Shown here: positions 1 to 7,594 of the stretch, in pieces | Numbering within the stretch: position 1 is the first letter of the stretch | Layout: every line of letters begins with the position of its first letter | Source of the DNA: Acaryochloris marina S15 | Lineage (GTDB): Bacteria > Cyanobacteriota > Cyanobacteriia > Thermosynechococcales > Thermosynechococcaceae | Direction: 5' to 3' | Assembly (NCBI RefSeq): GCF_018336915.1 | Contig: NZ_CP064923.1 | Location: 60,001-92,000 of the forward strand | DNA length: 32,000 nt | Program-made: the position numbers and the translations under genes | The notes under the pieces: generated by a model | Told to the model about the DNA's origin: nothing | The model's input: only the letters and a program-made list of their open reading frames with translations | Database searches by the model: none

Positions 1-707
1 GCCAATCCGAATTTGTGCGCGTGCCCTATGCCAATGGAACCCTATTCAAACTGCCTGACAGCTTTACGTCGGGTTCAGAAGACCACAAAGCGCTACCGCT
101 GGCAGATAATTTTGCAACTGGATATCATGGCGCCCTTAACTCAAATATTCTCCCTGGCGAAACAGTTGTTGTTATCGGTGACGGAGCGGTGGGACAGAGT
201 GCTGTGATGGCAGCAGCAAAGCTCTTTAATCCTGAGCAGGTTATCCATGTGGGCCGGTACGATAGCCGACTGGAGTTTTCCAAGCAAAAAAGTGGCGCGA
301 CCCATACTGTAAATGGCAAAACCCAAGACCCAATCGAGTATGTGAAGAGCTTGACTAATGGTTACGGCGCCATGTCGATTATTGACACCGTTGGTAATAA
401 AGGATCGATTTCGCAAGCCATGGCGATGGCCCATGCAGGCGGTAAATTGAGCGTGCTTGGGTTTGGGCATCTTTATGAACCTGTAGATGCCCCCTACTCT
501 GATGCTCTATTTAGAAACCTGACTATTCATACAGGCGTCGTGAATGTCGCCGCCTATATGAGGACGCTGCTTCCGATCGTCGAAAACGGGCAGATTGATC
601 CCAGTGTCATCTTTACGGATACCTTGCCACTTGCAGAGGCTAAGCAAGGCTATGACTTAATGATGGGTCGGTCGGCCGGTACAGTCAAAGTTGCGCTTAA
701 GCCCTAA
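1..707 (+). CDS. Zn-dependent alcohol dehydrogenase (MDR) family protein, C-terminal part; the 5' end lies outside the window
   Basis: Frame 3 is open from base 3 (QSEFVRVPYANG...). Rossmann motif VVVIGDGAVGQSAV and an MDR-type C-terminus. Stop at 705-707. Confidence 0.8.
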   Translation, partial: QSEFVRVPYANGTLFKLPDSFTSGSEDHKALPLADNFATGYHGALNSNILPGETVVVIGDGAVGQSAVMAAAKLFNPEQVIHVGRYDSRLEFSKQKSGATHTVNGKTQDPIEYVKSLTNGYGAMSIIDTVGNKGSISQAMAMAHAGGKLSVLGFGHLYEPVDAPYSDALFRNLTIHTGVVNVAAYMRTLLPIVENGQIDPSVIFTDTLPLAEAKQGYDLMMGRSAGTVKVALKP

Positions 708-722
708 TTCGCAGCCAACAGG

Positions 723-1022
723 TTGTCGATGAGTCCAGAAGTGAGAAGTCTTTTGGTTGTTTACTTTAAAGACTTTTCGCTCTGGGAGTTGTGTCAGCAG
801 ACCATGATTGACAGATTCCAGTGTATGAAACAACAAATTTTACACACGCACAAACGCGGACAGGCAGAAGGTACCATGCGAGACGATATCTCAGCTGAGG
901 AACTGGCTGACTTTCTGATCAATAGCTATGAAGGTGCATTACTGAGAATGCAGGTGGAGTAGTCTGTTAAGCCTATTGGACAACTGAGTTCACTCATACG
1001 TCACTATCTAATGAGGGCTTAG
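723..1022 (+). pseudogene. TetR-family regulator, C-terminal ligand-domain remnant; no HTH, and an in-frame TAG at 960-962
   Basis: SPEVRSLLVVYFKDF...RGQAEGTMRDDISAEELADFLINSYEGALLRMQVE matches the usual TetR C-terminal pattern (G.IR.D.dpE.lA.FL....EGA.L). The similarity continues past the stop (SVKPIGQLSSLIRHYL). The fragment begins only 15 nt after the upstream ADH stop and has no N-terminal DNA-binding domain. Confidence 0.6.
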
Positions 1023-1153
1023 AGCGTTCCTTGAATATAGTCGACTGGGTTTAAGAAACAAGGATGACTTCCTCAAATCTAGTTACACCAGTACTGGTAA
1101 AATTTGGCTCTATTTTCAGACGACCAGTCGTTTTAATGAATTAGAAGTTACTC

Positions 1154-1558
1154 ATGAAAAATACACTGAAATGGCGCATTCACGGTGATGAATTTGAGGA
1201 TGGTAGCAAGATGGCGGACTGGAAAAAGATTGAAAGTAGCGCTTGGCATTTTCAAGTTGAAAGTAGCTATGAGATGACATTCGATATCTACGAACATGAT
1301 GGTCAGTTCTGGAAGCTATATCAGGGGCGCTGGGTTGTAGAAGGGATCGCCGAATATACTTATCGATACGGTGGTCAAGCCTGCCGGATGACCCAGGTGG
1401 CTTACACAAAAAAGGCGAGATCCCCCCACTCTGGCCTGCTTAAACAGCGCGGAGATTTGGAGTGGGTGCGGGTTTACGAAGTAAATGAACGCATTCATAA
1501 CGTTGTGAAGACTGGCCTGCCGAATCCAAAGTACAACGGCAAAACTGTCGCGGCCTAA
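1154..1558 (+). CDS. hypothetical protein (134 aa), no family recognised
   Basis: ATG-initiated ORF in the same orientation as its neighbours. No motif I can name. Confidence 0.45.
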   Translation: MKNTLKWRIHGDEFEDGSKMADWKKIESSAWHFQVESSYEMTFDIYEHDGQFWKLYQGRWVVEGIAEYTYRYGGQACRMTQVAYTKKARSPHSGLLKQRGDLEWVRVYEVNERIHNVVKTGLPNPKYNGKTVAA

Positions 1559-1601
1559 ATGGAATTGAAGGCAGTGTTTGGCAAAATCGAGGAGGTGCGC
1601 T

Positions 1602-2336
1602 GTGACAAAACCCATTTGTTTGATTACTGGGGTAGGAGACGGGACGGGAAGTGAGATCGCTCGCAAATTTTCCCAAGGAGGATACCGGGTCGCAATGATA
1701 GCCCGTAATCGAGATCGCCTCCAAATGCTCGAACGAGAACTGCCGCAATCCAAAGCTTATGCTTGTGATATTGGAGATTTAGAGACCCTACTCTCCACCC
1801 TAAAGAAAATTTGCTCAGAGATGGGACATCCTTCTGTCTTGATCCATAATGCTGTTAGCGCTACCTTCGGAAGGTTTCTAGAAGCCGATCCTGAAGATTT
1901 AGAACGCAACTTTCGAGTGAATACAACATCATTGCTTTACCTGGCTCGGGAACTCTCACCATCTATGATTGCAGCCGGCAATGGTGCAATTGTGGTCACG
2001 GGAAATACCGCTGCCTTCAGAGGCATTCCCAGCTATGCCCTATTCGCACCGACCAAGGCTGCACAGCGGGTACTATCGCAAGCGCTTGCCCGTGATTTGG
2101 GGCCAAGGGGTGTTCATGTCGCCTATGTGACCATTGATGCCGCGATCGCTACTCCCTGGTCCAAAAACTTGCCCATTGAAGGGCTCAACATTGGACTATT
2201 GAATCAACAAGAGCGACCCGAAGATTTTTTCTGTCAACCCATTGATATTGCAGAAGAGGTGTTTCATGTGGCCCATCAACCAAGATCAGCTTGGTCTTTT
2301 GATGTGGAAATTCGACCGTTTGGGGAAAAGTGGTAG
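1602..2336 (+). CDS. short-chain dehydrogenase/reductase (SDR) family oxidoreductase
   Basis: TGVGDGTGSEIA (TGxxxGxG) and YALFAPTKAA (YxxxK). GTG at 1602 lies 6 nt after GAGGAGG (1589-1595). The ORF-track start at 1578 is a TTG extension. Confidence 0.85.
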   Translation: MTKPICLITGVGDGTGSEIARKFSQGGYRVAMIARNRDRLQMLERELPQSKAYACDIGDLETLLSTLKKICSEMGHPSVLIHNAVSATFGRFLEADPEDLERNFRVNTTSLLYLARELSPSMIAAGNGAIVVTGNTAAFRGIPSYALFAPTKAAQRVLSQALARDLGPRGVHVAYVTIDAAIATPWSKNLPIEGLNIGLLNQQERPEDFFCQPIDIAEEVFHVAHQPRSAWSFDVEIRPFGEKW

Positions 2337-2390
2337 TTGCCGAGATACTAACAATCTTCCCTTTTGGATCACTTTTCAAATCATTGGCTT

Positions 2391-2436
2391 GCATTTTTTG
2401 GAAACTTGCCTTAGGCTACATACATGTAGATAAGCC
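2391..2436 (+). promoter_or_regulatory. promoter/operator-like repeat, copy R0, containing the near-perfect palindrome CTACATACATGTAG (2416-2429)
   Basis: GCATTTTTTGGAAACTTGCCTTAGGCTACATACATGTAGATAAGCC. It shares the T-run, CTTAG and the CTACATACAT core with R1 and R2. It lies directly 5' of the TetR N-terminal remnant. Confidence 0.5.
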
Positions 2437-2531
2437 ATGAAGGTGTTGCGAACAACACAGTAAGCGACACAAAAACAAAGATCTTAGATGTATTGGAGCG
2501 CTTGACCCAAGCCAAAGGGTTCAATAGCTGA
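2430..2531 (+). pseudogene. TetR-family regulator, N-terminal remnant (about 30 codons, no start codon, ends at TGA 2529-2531)
   Basis: The translation ...DTKTKILDVLERLTQAKGFNS* matches the conserved start of the TetR HTH domain (K.KILD.A..LF...GF). It is bounded by TAG 2427-2429 upstream and is truncated before helices 2 and 3. Confidence 0.5.
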
Positions 2532-2546
2532 CAAATTTTAGAGTTA

Positions 2547-2585
2547 CATTTTTTTGATTTGTTTATCTACATACATATAGGTCAG
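2547..2585 (+). promoter_or_regulatory. promoter/operator-like repeat, copy R1 (T-run, -35 TTGATT 2554-2559, core CTACATACATATAG 2567-2580, -10-like TATAGG 2576-2581)
   Basis: 31/36 identity to R2. 16-nt spacer between the -35-like and -10-like hexamers. 66 nt upstream of the intact NTF2-like gene. Confidence 0.55.
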
Positions 2586-2650
2586 TTTCGGCATATACTT
2601 TATTAGACCGTGATTTTGACCCCCTACCCAAACTCAAGGAGACTAAAACA

Positions 2651-3070
2651 ATGTCAACTGAAACTACACTCAACGTAACCCCCAAAACAGCCGCTGACGA
2701 AGCGCATAGCTTTGCAGAATACAAAGCTGTTGAAGCCGCTTTACAGCCTTATATTGAGTCCGCCAAAACAGGTGACGGCGCGCTTTGCCGGACGGCCTTT
2801 TATGACCACGCTCATATTGTTGGCTCAGTACACGGCACTTTCTATGATTTGGATGCTGACACGTTCCAAGGCGCGGTGAATGAAACAGGCGCATCCCCAG
2901 ACGTTCAGTCTCACATTTCCTGGATTGATATTTCTGGACCTGCCGCATCAGCAAAGGTTGAATTTCTCAATTGGGCTGGTTTCCGTTATACCGATTTCTT
3001 TGTCCTCTATAAGCAGGATGGTCAGTGGAAAATCAGCGGCAAGGTCTACGACTCTCACGCCCAAAATTAA
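2651..3070 (+). CDS. NTF2-like (SnoaL / putative lumazine-binding type) protein, intact copy
   Basis: 139 aa. C-terminus AKVEFLNWAGFRYTDFFVLYKQDGQWKISGKVYDSH is typical of the NTF2-like lumazine-binding-2 type fold. AGGAG lies upstream of the ATG. Confidence 0.7.
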   Translation: MSTETTLNVTPKTAADEAHSFAEYKAVEAALQPYIESAKTGDGALCRTAFYDHAHIVGSVHGTFYDLDADTFQGAVNETGASPDVQSHISWIDISGPAASAKVEFLNWAGFRYTDFFVLYKQDGQWKISGKVYDSHAQN

Positions 3071-3158
3071 TCATGTATGCACAGGCACTGGTAAGTGACT
3101 GCACGCTTTGCCTGTGTAGGTTTCGTCTTAAATAGAATTTCAACAACAGGAGGAAAAT

Positions 3159-3593
3159 ATGTCAGCGTCTGTACCGCCCTCAATTGCACCCAAAAGAATT
3201 CTCTATACAATGCTTCGGGTCAGCGATCTGGATAGATCGATTGCGTTCTATCACAATATGCTTGGCATGTCCGAGTTGGGACGTGAAACCTTTCCCGATG
3301 CCGAATTTACCGCTGTCTTTATGGGATACGGAAATCGAAAAACCGATGCGGTCATAGAGATAACCTATAACTGGGACAAGCGTAGCTACGAGCATGGTAC
3401 AGCCTACGGAAATCTCTCTCTTGCCGTAGACGATGTCTATGCATTGACAGCTTATCTCGAAGAGAACGGTGTGAAGGTCTTGCGCCCCGCAGGAGAAGTA
3501 CCAATGGTGTCAACTGAAACAGGTGAGAAGCACACGTTAGCATTTATTGCTGACCCCGATGGTTACCGCATTGAACTCATGCAAACTGCTTGA
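3159..3593 (+). CDS. gloA: lactoylglutathione lyase (glyoxalase I)
   Basis: ILYTMLRVSDLDRSIAFYHNMLGM...IEITYNWD...YEHGTAYGNLSLAVDD...AFIADPDGYRIELMQ. VOC-fold GloA pattern. AGGAGGA RBS. Confidence 0.85.
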   Translation: MSASVPPSIAPKRILYTMLRVSDLDRSIAFYHNMLGMSELGRETFPDAEFTAVFMGYGNRKTDAVIEITYNWDKRSYEHGTAYGNLSLAVDDVYALTAYLEENGVKVLRPAGEVPMVSTETGEKHTLAFIADPDGYRIELMQTA

Positions 3594-3657
3594 CTTTTAC
3601 CCAGATTTTCAACCATTCAAAAGATAAAAATTACCCAATCTAAAAAGGAAAAAGAAC

Positions 3658-4119
3658 ATGACTTCTTTGACCAGAACAGTTACTGCTGAAGCCTTTGAAT
3701 CAGTGGCATCTGGACAACTCGGCTTTACGAATATGGTCGATTACGGCATTACATTGCCAGAGCTTGCTTCCGGCACAACGCCCCCGCCGCAAGGCGCCCG
3801 TTTTGACTTAACCCTTGAGGGGCAACTTACAGGCCCGATTACAGGCAAGATGATTGCTACGGACTATATTAATGTGCGTGCTGACGGCCGATTTGAACTC
3901 AACATGTTTGGGCAAATCACCACCACAGATGGCGCACAGATTTCATTTGAAGGCCATGGGGTATCGGTCCATAAATCTGACGGGACTGAAGGCGTACGTA
4001 TGTCTGTAAAGCTAGTGACTCAATCCAGTGAGTATGCATGGGTAAACGGCGTTACTTTTATCGCTGAAGGGATTGTTGACTCGGCAGCTAACACGTTAGC
4101 AATGTCTCTACTCAGATAA
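3658..4119 (+). CDS. DUF3237-like beta-barrel protein (hypothetical)
   Basis: The pattern G.RF.L.LEG.LTGP..GK...DY...RADGR..L......TTDGA.I...G...EYAWVNGVTFIAEG resembles the DUF3237/UPF0311 family. Confidence 0.5.
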   Translation: MTSLTRTVTAEAFESVASGQLGFTNMVDYGITLPELASGTTPPPQGARFDLTLEGQLTGPITGKMIATDYINVRADGRFELNMFGQITTTDGAQISFEGHGVSVHKSDGTEGVRMSVKLVTQSSEYAWVNGVTFIAEGIVDSAANTLAMSLLR

Positions 4120-4163
4120 GAAAACGTACTGCTGAACGGTGGAGAGACATCTCACGCCAGCCA

Positions 4164-4205
4164 ACTTTTTTTTGACTTAGCTATCAACATACATATAGGT
4201 CAGCC
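4164..4205 (+). promoter_or_regulatory. promoter/operator-like repeat, copy R2 (T8 run, -35 TTGACT 4172-4177, core CAACATACATATAG 4185-4198, -10-like TATAGG 4194-4199)
   Basis: TTTTTTGACTTAGCTATCAACATACATATAGGTCAG. The geometry matches R1. It lies upstream of the peroxiredoxin-like gene. Confidence 0.55.
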
Positions 4206-4353
4206 AAGGTTGTTGTCAAGCCGCGACCTCAAACTGCCCAATTCTCGAAGCAGGGGTAGACAACAATCAATTGTTCGATTCCCTTTTTCAATTTACTGCG
4301 CTGATTTTTTATCAGCACTTGACCACACTATTTATCAATTTGGAGACATCACA

Positions 4354-4908
4354 ATGACTGTAACGACAACTACACCAGCAACAACTTCCGCTATTCGTTT
4401 AGTTCCTGGCAACAACGTCCCTGCGTTGACCATTGATACGCTATCTGGCAATGCTTGGAATCTTGCGGCTCAAACCCCTCGTAACTACACGATGGTGGTC
4501 TTCTATCGGGGATTGCACTGCCCCCTCTGTGCTGAGTACTTAAAGCAGCTGAACAGTAAGCTCAGTCAGTTTCACGATCTCGGTATTGAAGTGATTGCCA
4601 TTAGTGGTGACACTCGCGAGAAAGCTGCTAATTCATCTGAAACCTGGGGTGTAAAAGATTTGACACTGGGCTATGGCCTCACCCGTGAAGCGATGCAGCA
4701 GTGGGGGCTTTATGTCTCCAAGGGTGCATTTGACTATGAGCCAGCCTATTTCAATGAACCAGGACTCTTTTTGATTGGCCCTGACGGCGTGCTTTTCTTC
4801 GCGAGTATTAATAACGCGCCCTATGGTCGTACTGACCTAGATGCACTGCTCGGCGGTATGGACTTTGTCTTGAACAACAACTACCCCGTGCGTGGTACTG
4901 AGGTCTAA
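4354..4908 (+). CDS. thioredoxin-fold peroxiredoxin-like (AhpC/TSA family) protein
   Basis: VVFYRGLHCPLCAEYLKQL carries a CxxC-type redox motif in an AhpC/TSA-like context. ATG 4354 is preceded by GGAGA. The 48-codon upstream extension in the ORF track shows no homology and covers the promoter-like repeat. Confidence 0.7.
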   Translation: MTVTTTTPATTSAIRLVPGNNVPALTIDTLSGNAWNLAAQTPRNYTMVVFYRGLHCPLCAEYLKQLNSKLSQFHDLGIEVIAISGDTREKAANSSETWGVKDLTLGYGLTREAMQQWGLYVSKGAFDYEPAYFNEPGLFLIGPDGVLFFASINNAPYGRTDLDALLGGMDFVLNNNYPVRGTEV

Positions 4909-4956
4909 AAGAAAGAAAGCTCTTCCCCTATTCCAACAATACAACGGAGAAAAATC

Positions 4957-5208
4957 ATGCCTTTTGTAAATGTTCGCACAACCAAAGGAATGCTGACTAA
5001 GGATCAGAAACAAGAGCTTCAAGAGCGTCTGAACGCCTTAATGGTTGAGATTGAAGGGGGTGGTGACCCAACCTTCAAAGACAAGGTCTGGATCATGATT
5101 GAGGAGACCGAGCCTGAGGACTGGAATATCGGAGGGGTCACGCTAACCCCTGACATCATCCAAGAACTCAAACGCCAACAGGCTCCCAAAAGTAAAGGAA
5201 AATCCTAG
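4957..5208 (+). CDS. 4-oxalocrotonate tautomerase family protein
   Basis: 83 aa starting MPFVNVRT (catalytic Pro1 after Met removal), with a beta-alpha-beta tautomerase-like pattern. GGAGAAAAATC precedes the ATG. Confidence 0.7.
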   Translation: MPFVNVRTTKGMLTKDQKQELQERLNALMVEIEGGGDPTFKDKVWIMIEETEPEDWNIGGVTLTPDIIQELKRQQAPKSKGKS

Positions 5209-5221
5209 ACTGCACGCTTAA

Positions 5222-5263
5222 GGATGTGCGATCGCAAAGTATGGGGTAGCGCTTCTACCCCAT
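5222..5263 (+). promoter_or_regulatory. degenerate copy (RA) of the same element, with hairpin GGGGTAG-CGCTT-CTACCCC (5243-5261)
   Basis: GTATGGGGTAGCG aligns with ATATAGGTCAGCC of R2. The stretch 5222-5280 is 48/59 identical, ungapped, to 7523-7581. Confidence 0.4.
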
Positions 5264-5413
5264 GTGATTAATTTTGAAATTTCTGGATCTGCCGCTGTTG
5301 CAAAGGTTGAATTTATTAACTGGGGCGGCTTCCGAGACTTCTCTGTCCTCTACAAGCACAACGGAGAATGGAAAATCAGCGGCCAGGTCTTCGATGCTCA
5401 TACCCAAAACTAA
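5264..5413 (+). pseudogene. NTF2-like gene 3' remnant (copy A, about 49 codons)
   Basis: VINFEISGSAAVAKVEFINWGGFRDFSVLYKHNGEWKISGQVFDAHTQN* aligns with residues 91-139 of the intact copy at 2651-3070. The N-terminal two thirds are absent. Confidence 0.75.
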
Positions 5414-5562
5414 GTTTTCTCTATCCACTGCCTCTAAGTCGCGCAGTCTAAACCGTAGATAACATTGACTTTGTATTGGTGCCAGACGCGTAAACGAGCA
5501 TTCCAAATAGTCAAGCGCACTCGAAATAACAACCTAACTCAACACCCTAACCAGGAAAAAAG

Positions 5563-6255
5563 ATGACTTACGACAACGTGTTTAAAAAATGGCCTGCACA
5601 GCACCCTGAGAGAATTCAGCTGTATTCTCTCGGAACGCCCAACGGTCAAAAAATTTCCATTGCGCTAGAAGAAATGGCCCTGCCCTATGAGGCCCATCGC
5701 ATTGAGATTATGAAAGATGACCAGTTCACCGATGAGTTCATTGCCATTAACCCCAATTCCAAAATCCCAGCCATCATCGATCCAAATGGGCCAAACAATG
5801 AACCTTTTGCTGTCTTCGAGTCCGGTGCCATTTTGATGTATCTGGCAGAGAAGTCAGGGAAATTTCTCCCCACCGATCCGGCAGCCCGCAGTGAGTGTTT
5901 GCAATGGTTGTTTTTCCAAATGGGAGGTGTCGGCCCCATGTTTGGACAGTTTGGACATTTCCACACGTTTGCCAAGGAAAAAGTTCCCTATGCCATTGAG
6001 CGCTATCGCAACGAAGCTCGACGGTTGTTAACCGTCCTGGATAAGCAACTATCAGAAAAACCTTTTCTCATAGGAGACGCGTATTCCATTGCAGATATGG
6101 CGACATTTCCTTGGGTAGGCACATTGGATTGGGCTTACAAAGCAGCTGAATCGTTGCAGCTTCACCAAGACTTTCCGAATGTTATGACCTGGTATGAGCG
6201 CTGTCGGCAACGGCCTGCGGCGGTTCGTGGACTAGCCGTAACGAAAATCAATTAA
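5563..6255 (+). CDS. glutathione S-transferase, YfcG/YghU-like (Nu-class-like)
   Basis: LYSLGTPNGQKISIALEEMALPYE...INPNSKIPAIIDPNG...FESGAILMYLAEKSGKFLP closely follows the E. coli YfcG-type N-terminal pattern. Confidence 0.8.
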   Translation: MTYDNVFKKWPAQHPERIQLYSLGTPNGQKISIALEEMALPYEAHRIEIMKDDQFTDEFIAINPNSKIPAIIDPNGPNNEPFAVFESGAILMYLAEKSGKFLPTDPAARSECLQWLFFQMGGVGPMFGQFGHFHTFAKEKVPYAIERYRNEARRLLTVLDKQLSEKPFLIGDAYSIADMATFPWVGTLDWAYKAAESLQLHQDFPNVMTWYERCRQRPAAVRGLAVTKIN

Positions 6256-6389
6256 CAACGAACTGATTGAGCACGCTGTAAATTCGCTCTAATCAATCAT
6301 CGGATGGCACTCCTAATCCTTGCAGAGCTTTGACTCTATACTCAAGCTCGAATCAATCACTTGTTCATTTATTTAACCCACGGACTCCC

Positions 6390-7502
6390 ATGACTCAAAC
6401 GAACGTTCCTCATCTTCTTAGTTCTCTAGAAACAAAAGATCTAACCTTTCGAAATCGGATTGTGATGGCCCCGCTGACTCGTTCTCGATCGGGTGCGGAA
6501 AGAATACCAAACGCGCTGATGGCTGAGTACTATGCTCAGCGGGCTGGAGCGGGCCTCATCATTACAGAAGGTACTACCATCTCACCCCAGGCGAACGGTT
6601 GGCTCAATTCTCCCGGTATCTATACAGAAGCCCAAACCCAAGCCTGGAAGCAGGTTGTAGATGCGGTACATGCCCAAAATGGGTTGATCTTTTTGCAGCT
6701 TTGGCACACGGGTCGAGCGTCTCATCGTGACTTTCAAGTGAATAATCAACTTCCAGTGGGGCCATCAGCAGTCGGATTAGAAGGCTCAGAGGTACATACT
6801 CCCAAGGGGAAACAACTCTACGAGACCCCGAGGGCATTAGAGACTGCCGAAATCCCTAACGTGATCGAGGACTACCGACAAGCCGCTGCTAACGCTAAGC
6901 AAGCGGGCTTTGATGGCGTAGAGATCCATGGGGCCAATGGCTATTTGATTGACGAATTTCTACAGTCTAAGACCAATCACCGCACAGATCTGTATGGCGG
7001 TAGTTTAGAGAATCGCTTTCGGTTCTTAAAAGAAATCACTGAAGCGGTTCTGACTGTTTGGCCTGCTAGTCGTGTCGGAGTCAGGCTCTCGCCCAATGGC
7101 GTCTTCAACGATATGGGATCACCCGATTATCGGGAGACCTTTACTTATGTTGCTGAGCAGCTTAATACTTACAACCTAGGCTATTTGCATATCCTTGACG
7201 GTTTAGCGTTTGGCTTTCATGAGCTTGGAGAGCCAATGACACTGGCTGAAATTAGAAAGGTTTACAGCAATACACTGATGGGGAACTGTGGGTACGATCG
7301 CAATTCAGCAGAGTCTGCAATTGTATCTGGCGATGCGGCTCTGATTGCCTTTGGCCGCTCTTATATCAGCAATCCAGATCTTGTGGATCGTTTTGCCCAT
7401 AATTGGGAGCTGAATGCTGACTCTGATCCATCTACCTGGTACTCCTTTGAGGCTGAAGGATATACCGACTTCCCGACCTATCAAGTCTCTCAGGTTGTTT
7501 GA
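6390..7502 (+). CDS. Old Yellow Enzyme family NAD(P)H:flavin oxidoreductase (alkene / N-ethylmaleimide reductase-like)
   Basis: RNRIVMAPLTRSR, LWHTGRASH and HGANGYLIDEFL are OYE hallmarks. ATG at 6390; the track's 6330 start is a TTG extension. Confidence 0.85.
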   Translation: MTQTNVPHLLSSLETKDLTFRNRIVMAPLTRSRSGAERIPNALMAEYYAQRAGAGLIITEGTTISPQANGWLNSPGIYTEAQTQAWKQVVDAVHAQNGLIFLQLWHTGRASHRDFQVNNQLPVGPSAVGLEGSEVHTPKGKQLYETPRALETAEIPNVIEDYRQAAANAKQAGFDGVEIHGANGYLIDEFLQSKTNHRTDLYGGSLENRFRFLKEITEAVLTVWPASRVGVRLSPNGVFNDMGSPDYRETFTYVAEQLNTYNLGYLHILDGLAFGFHELGEPMTLAEIRKVYSNTLMGNCGYDRNSAESAIVSGDAALIAFGRSYISNPDLVDRFAHNWELNADSDPSTWYSFEAEGYTDFPTYQVSQVV

Positions 7503-7513
7503 CTTGAGCCATA

Positions 7514-7564
7514 GCATTTTTTGGATGTGCTTTAGCAACGTGTTGGGTAGCCCTTCTACCTAAC
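7514..7564 (+). promoter_or_regulatory. degenerate copy (RB) of the same element, with hairpin GGTAG-CCCTT-CTACC (7546-7560)
   Basis: GCATTTTTTGGATGTGCTTTAGCAACGTGTTGGGTAGCCC. The 5' part matches R0 and R3 (GCATTTTTT), and ATGTGCTTT matches the segment just 3' of R3. It lacks the CTACAT core. Confidence 0.4.
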
Positions 7565-7594
7565 GTGATTAATTCTGAAATAAAGAGATTAGCA

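Noticed and set aside
1316-1753. Minus-strand ORFs overlapping the 134-aa ORF and the SDR gene. Similar antisense or out-of-frame ORFs include 141-470, 2670-2954, 10233-10544, 11581-12002, 12317-12586, 18487-18987, 19598-19939, 23920-24207 and 30971-31342.
   Set aside because: Each lies inside a longer ORF with clear family motifs on the other strand or frame, and none has a recognisable motif of its own.
3096-3108. The 12-nt match GACTGCACGCTT shared by the 3' flank of the intact NTF2-like gene (3097-3108) and the 3' flank of the tautomerase gene (5209-5220).
   Set aside because: Roughly 30 chance 12-mer matches are expected within a 32-kb window, and the surrounding sequence does not align.
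3080-3116. The hairpin CACAGGCA-N21-TGCCTGTG after the intact NTF2-like gene and the hairpin TTCTAGTT-TGAG-AACTAGAA (9902-9921) after the SDR gene, both considered as intrinsic terminators.
   Set aside because: Neither is followed by a convincing U-run and the downstream genes are closely spaced. I left them uncalled rather than annotate terminators I cannot support.
4210-4353. N-terminal extensions offered by the ORF track: 4210 for the Prx-like gene, 6330 for the OYE, 9072 for the SDR, 1578 for the SDR, 7565 for the QOR and 21431 for Uma2.
   Set aside because: The extensions use non-ATG starts, lack homology, and overlap upstream genes or regulatory repeats. Internal ATG or GTG codons with better RBS spacing match the family N-termini.
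5274-5462. Plus-strand 62-aa ORF overlapping remnant A in another frame.
   Set aside because: The homologous frame, which aligns to the intact NTF2-like protein, is the one starting at GTG 5264. This ORF is an out-of-frame artefact.
5255-5506. Minus-strand ORFs 5255-5506 (83 aa) and 9916-10107 (63 aa), which share a DFP..VLVE..EV motif.
   Set aside because: Both are antisense shadows of NTF2 remnants A and C. Their similarity is explained by the plus-strand homology, and they have no independent coding support.
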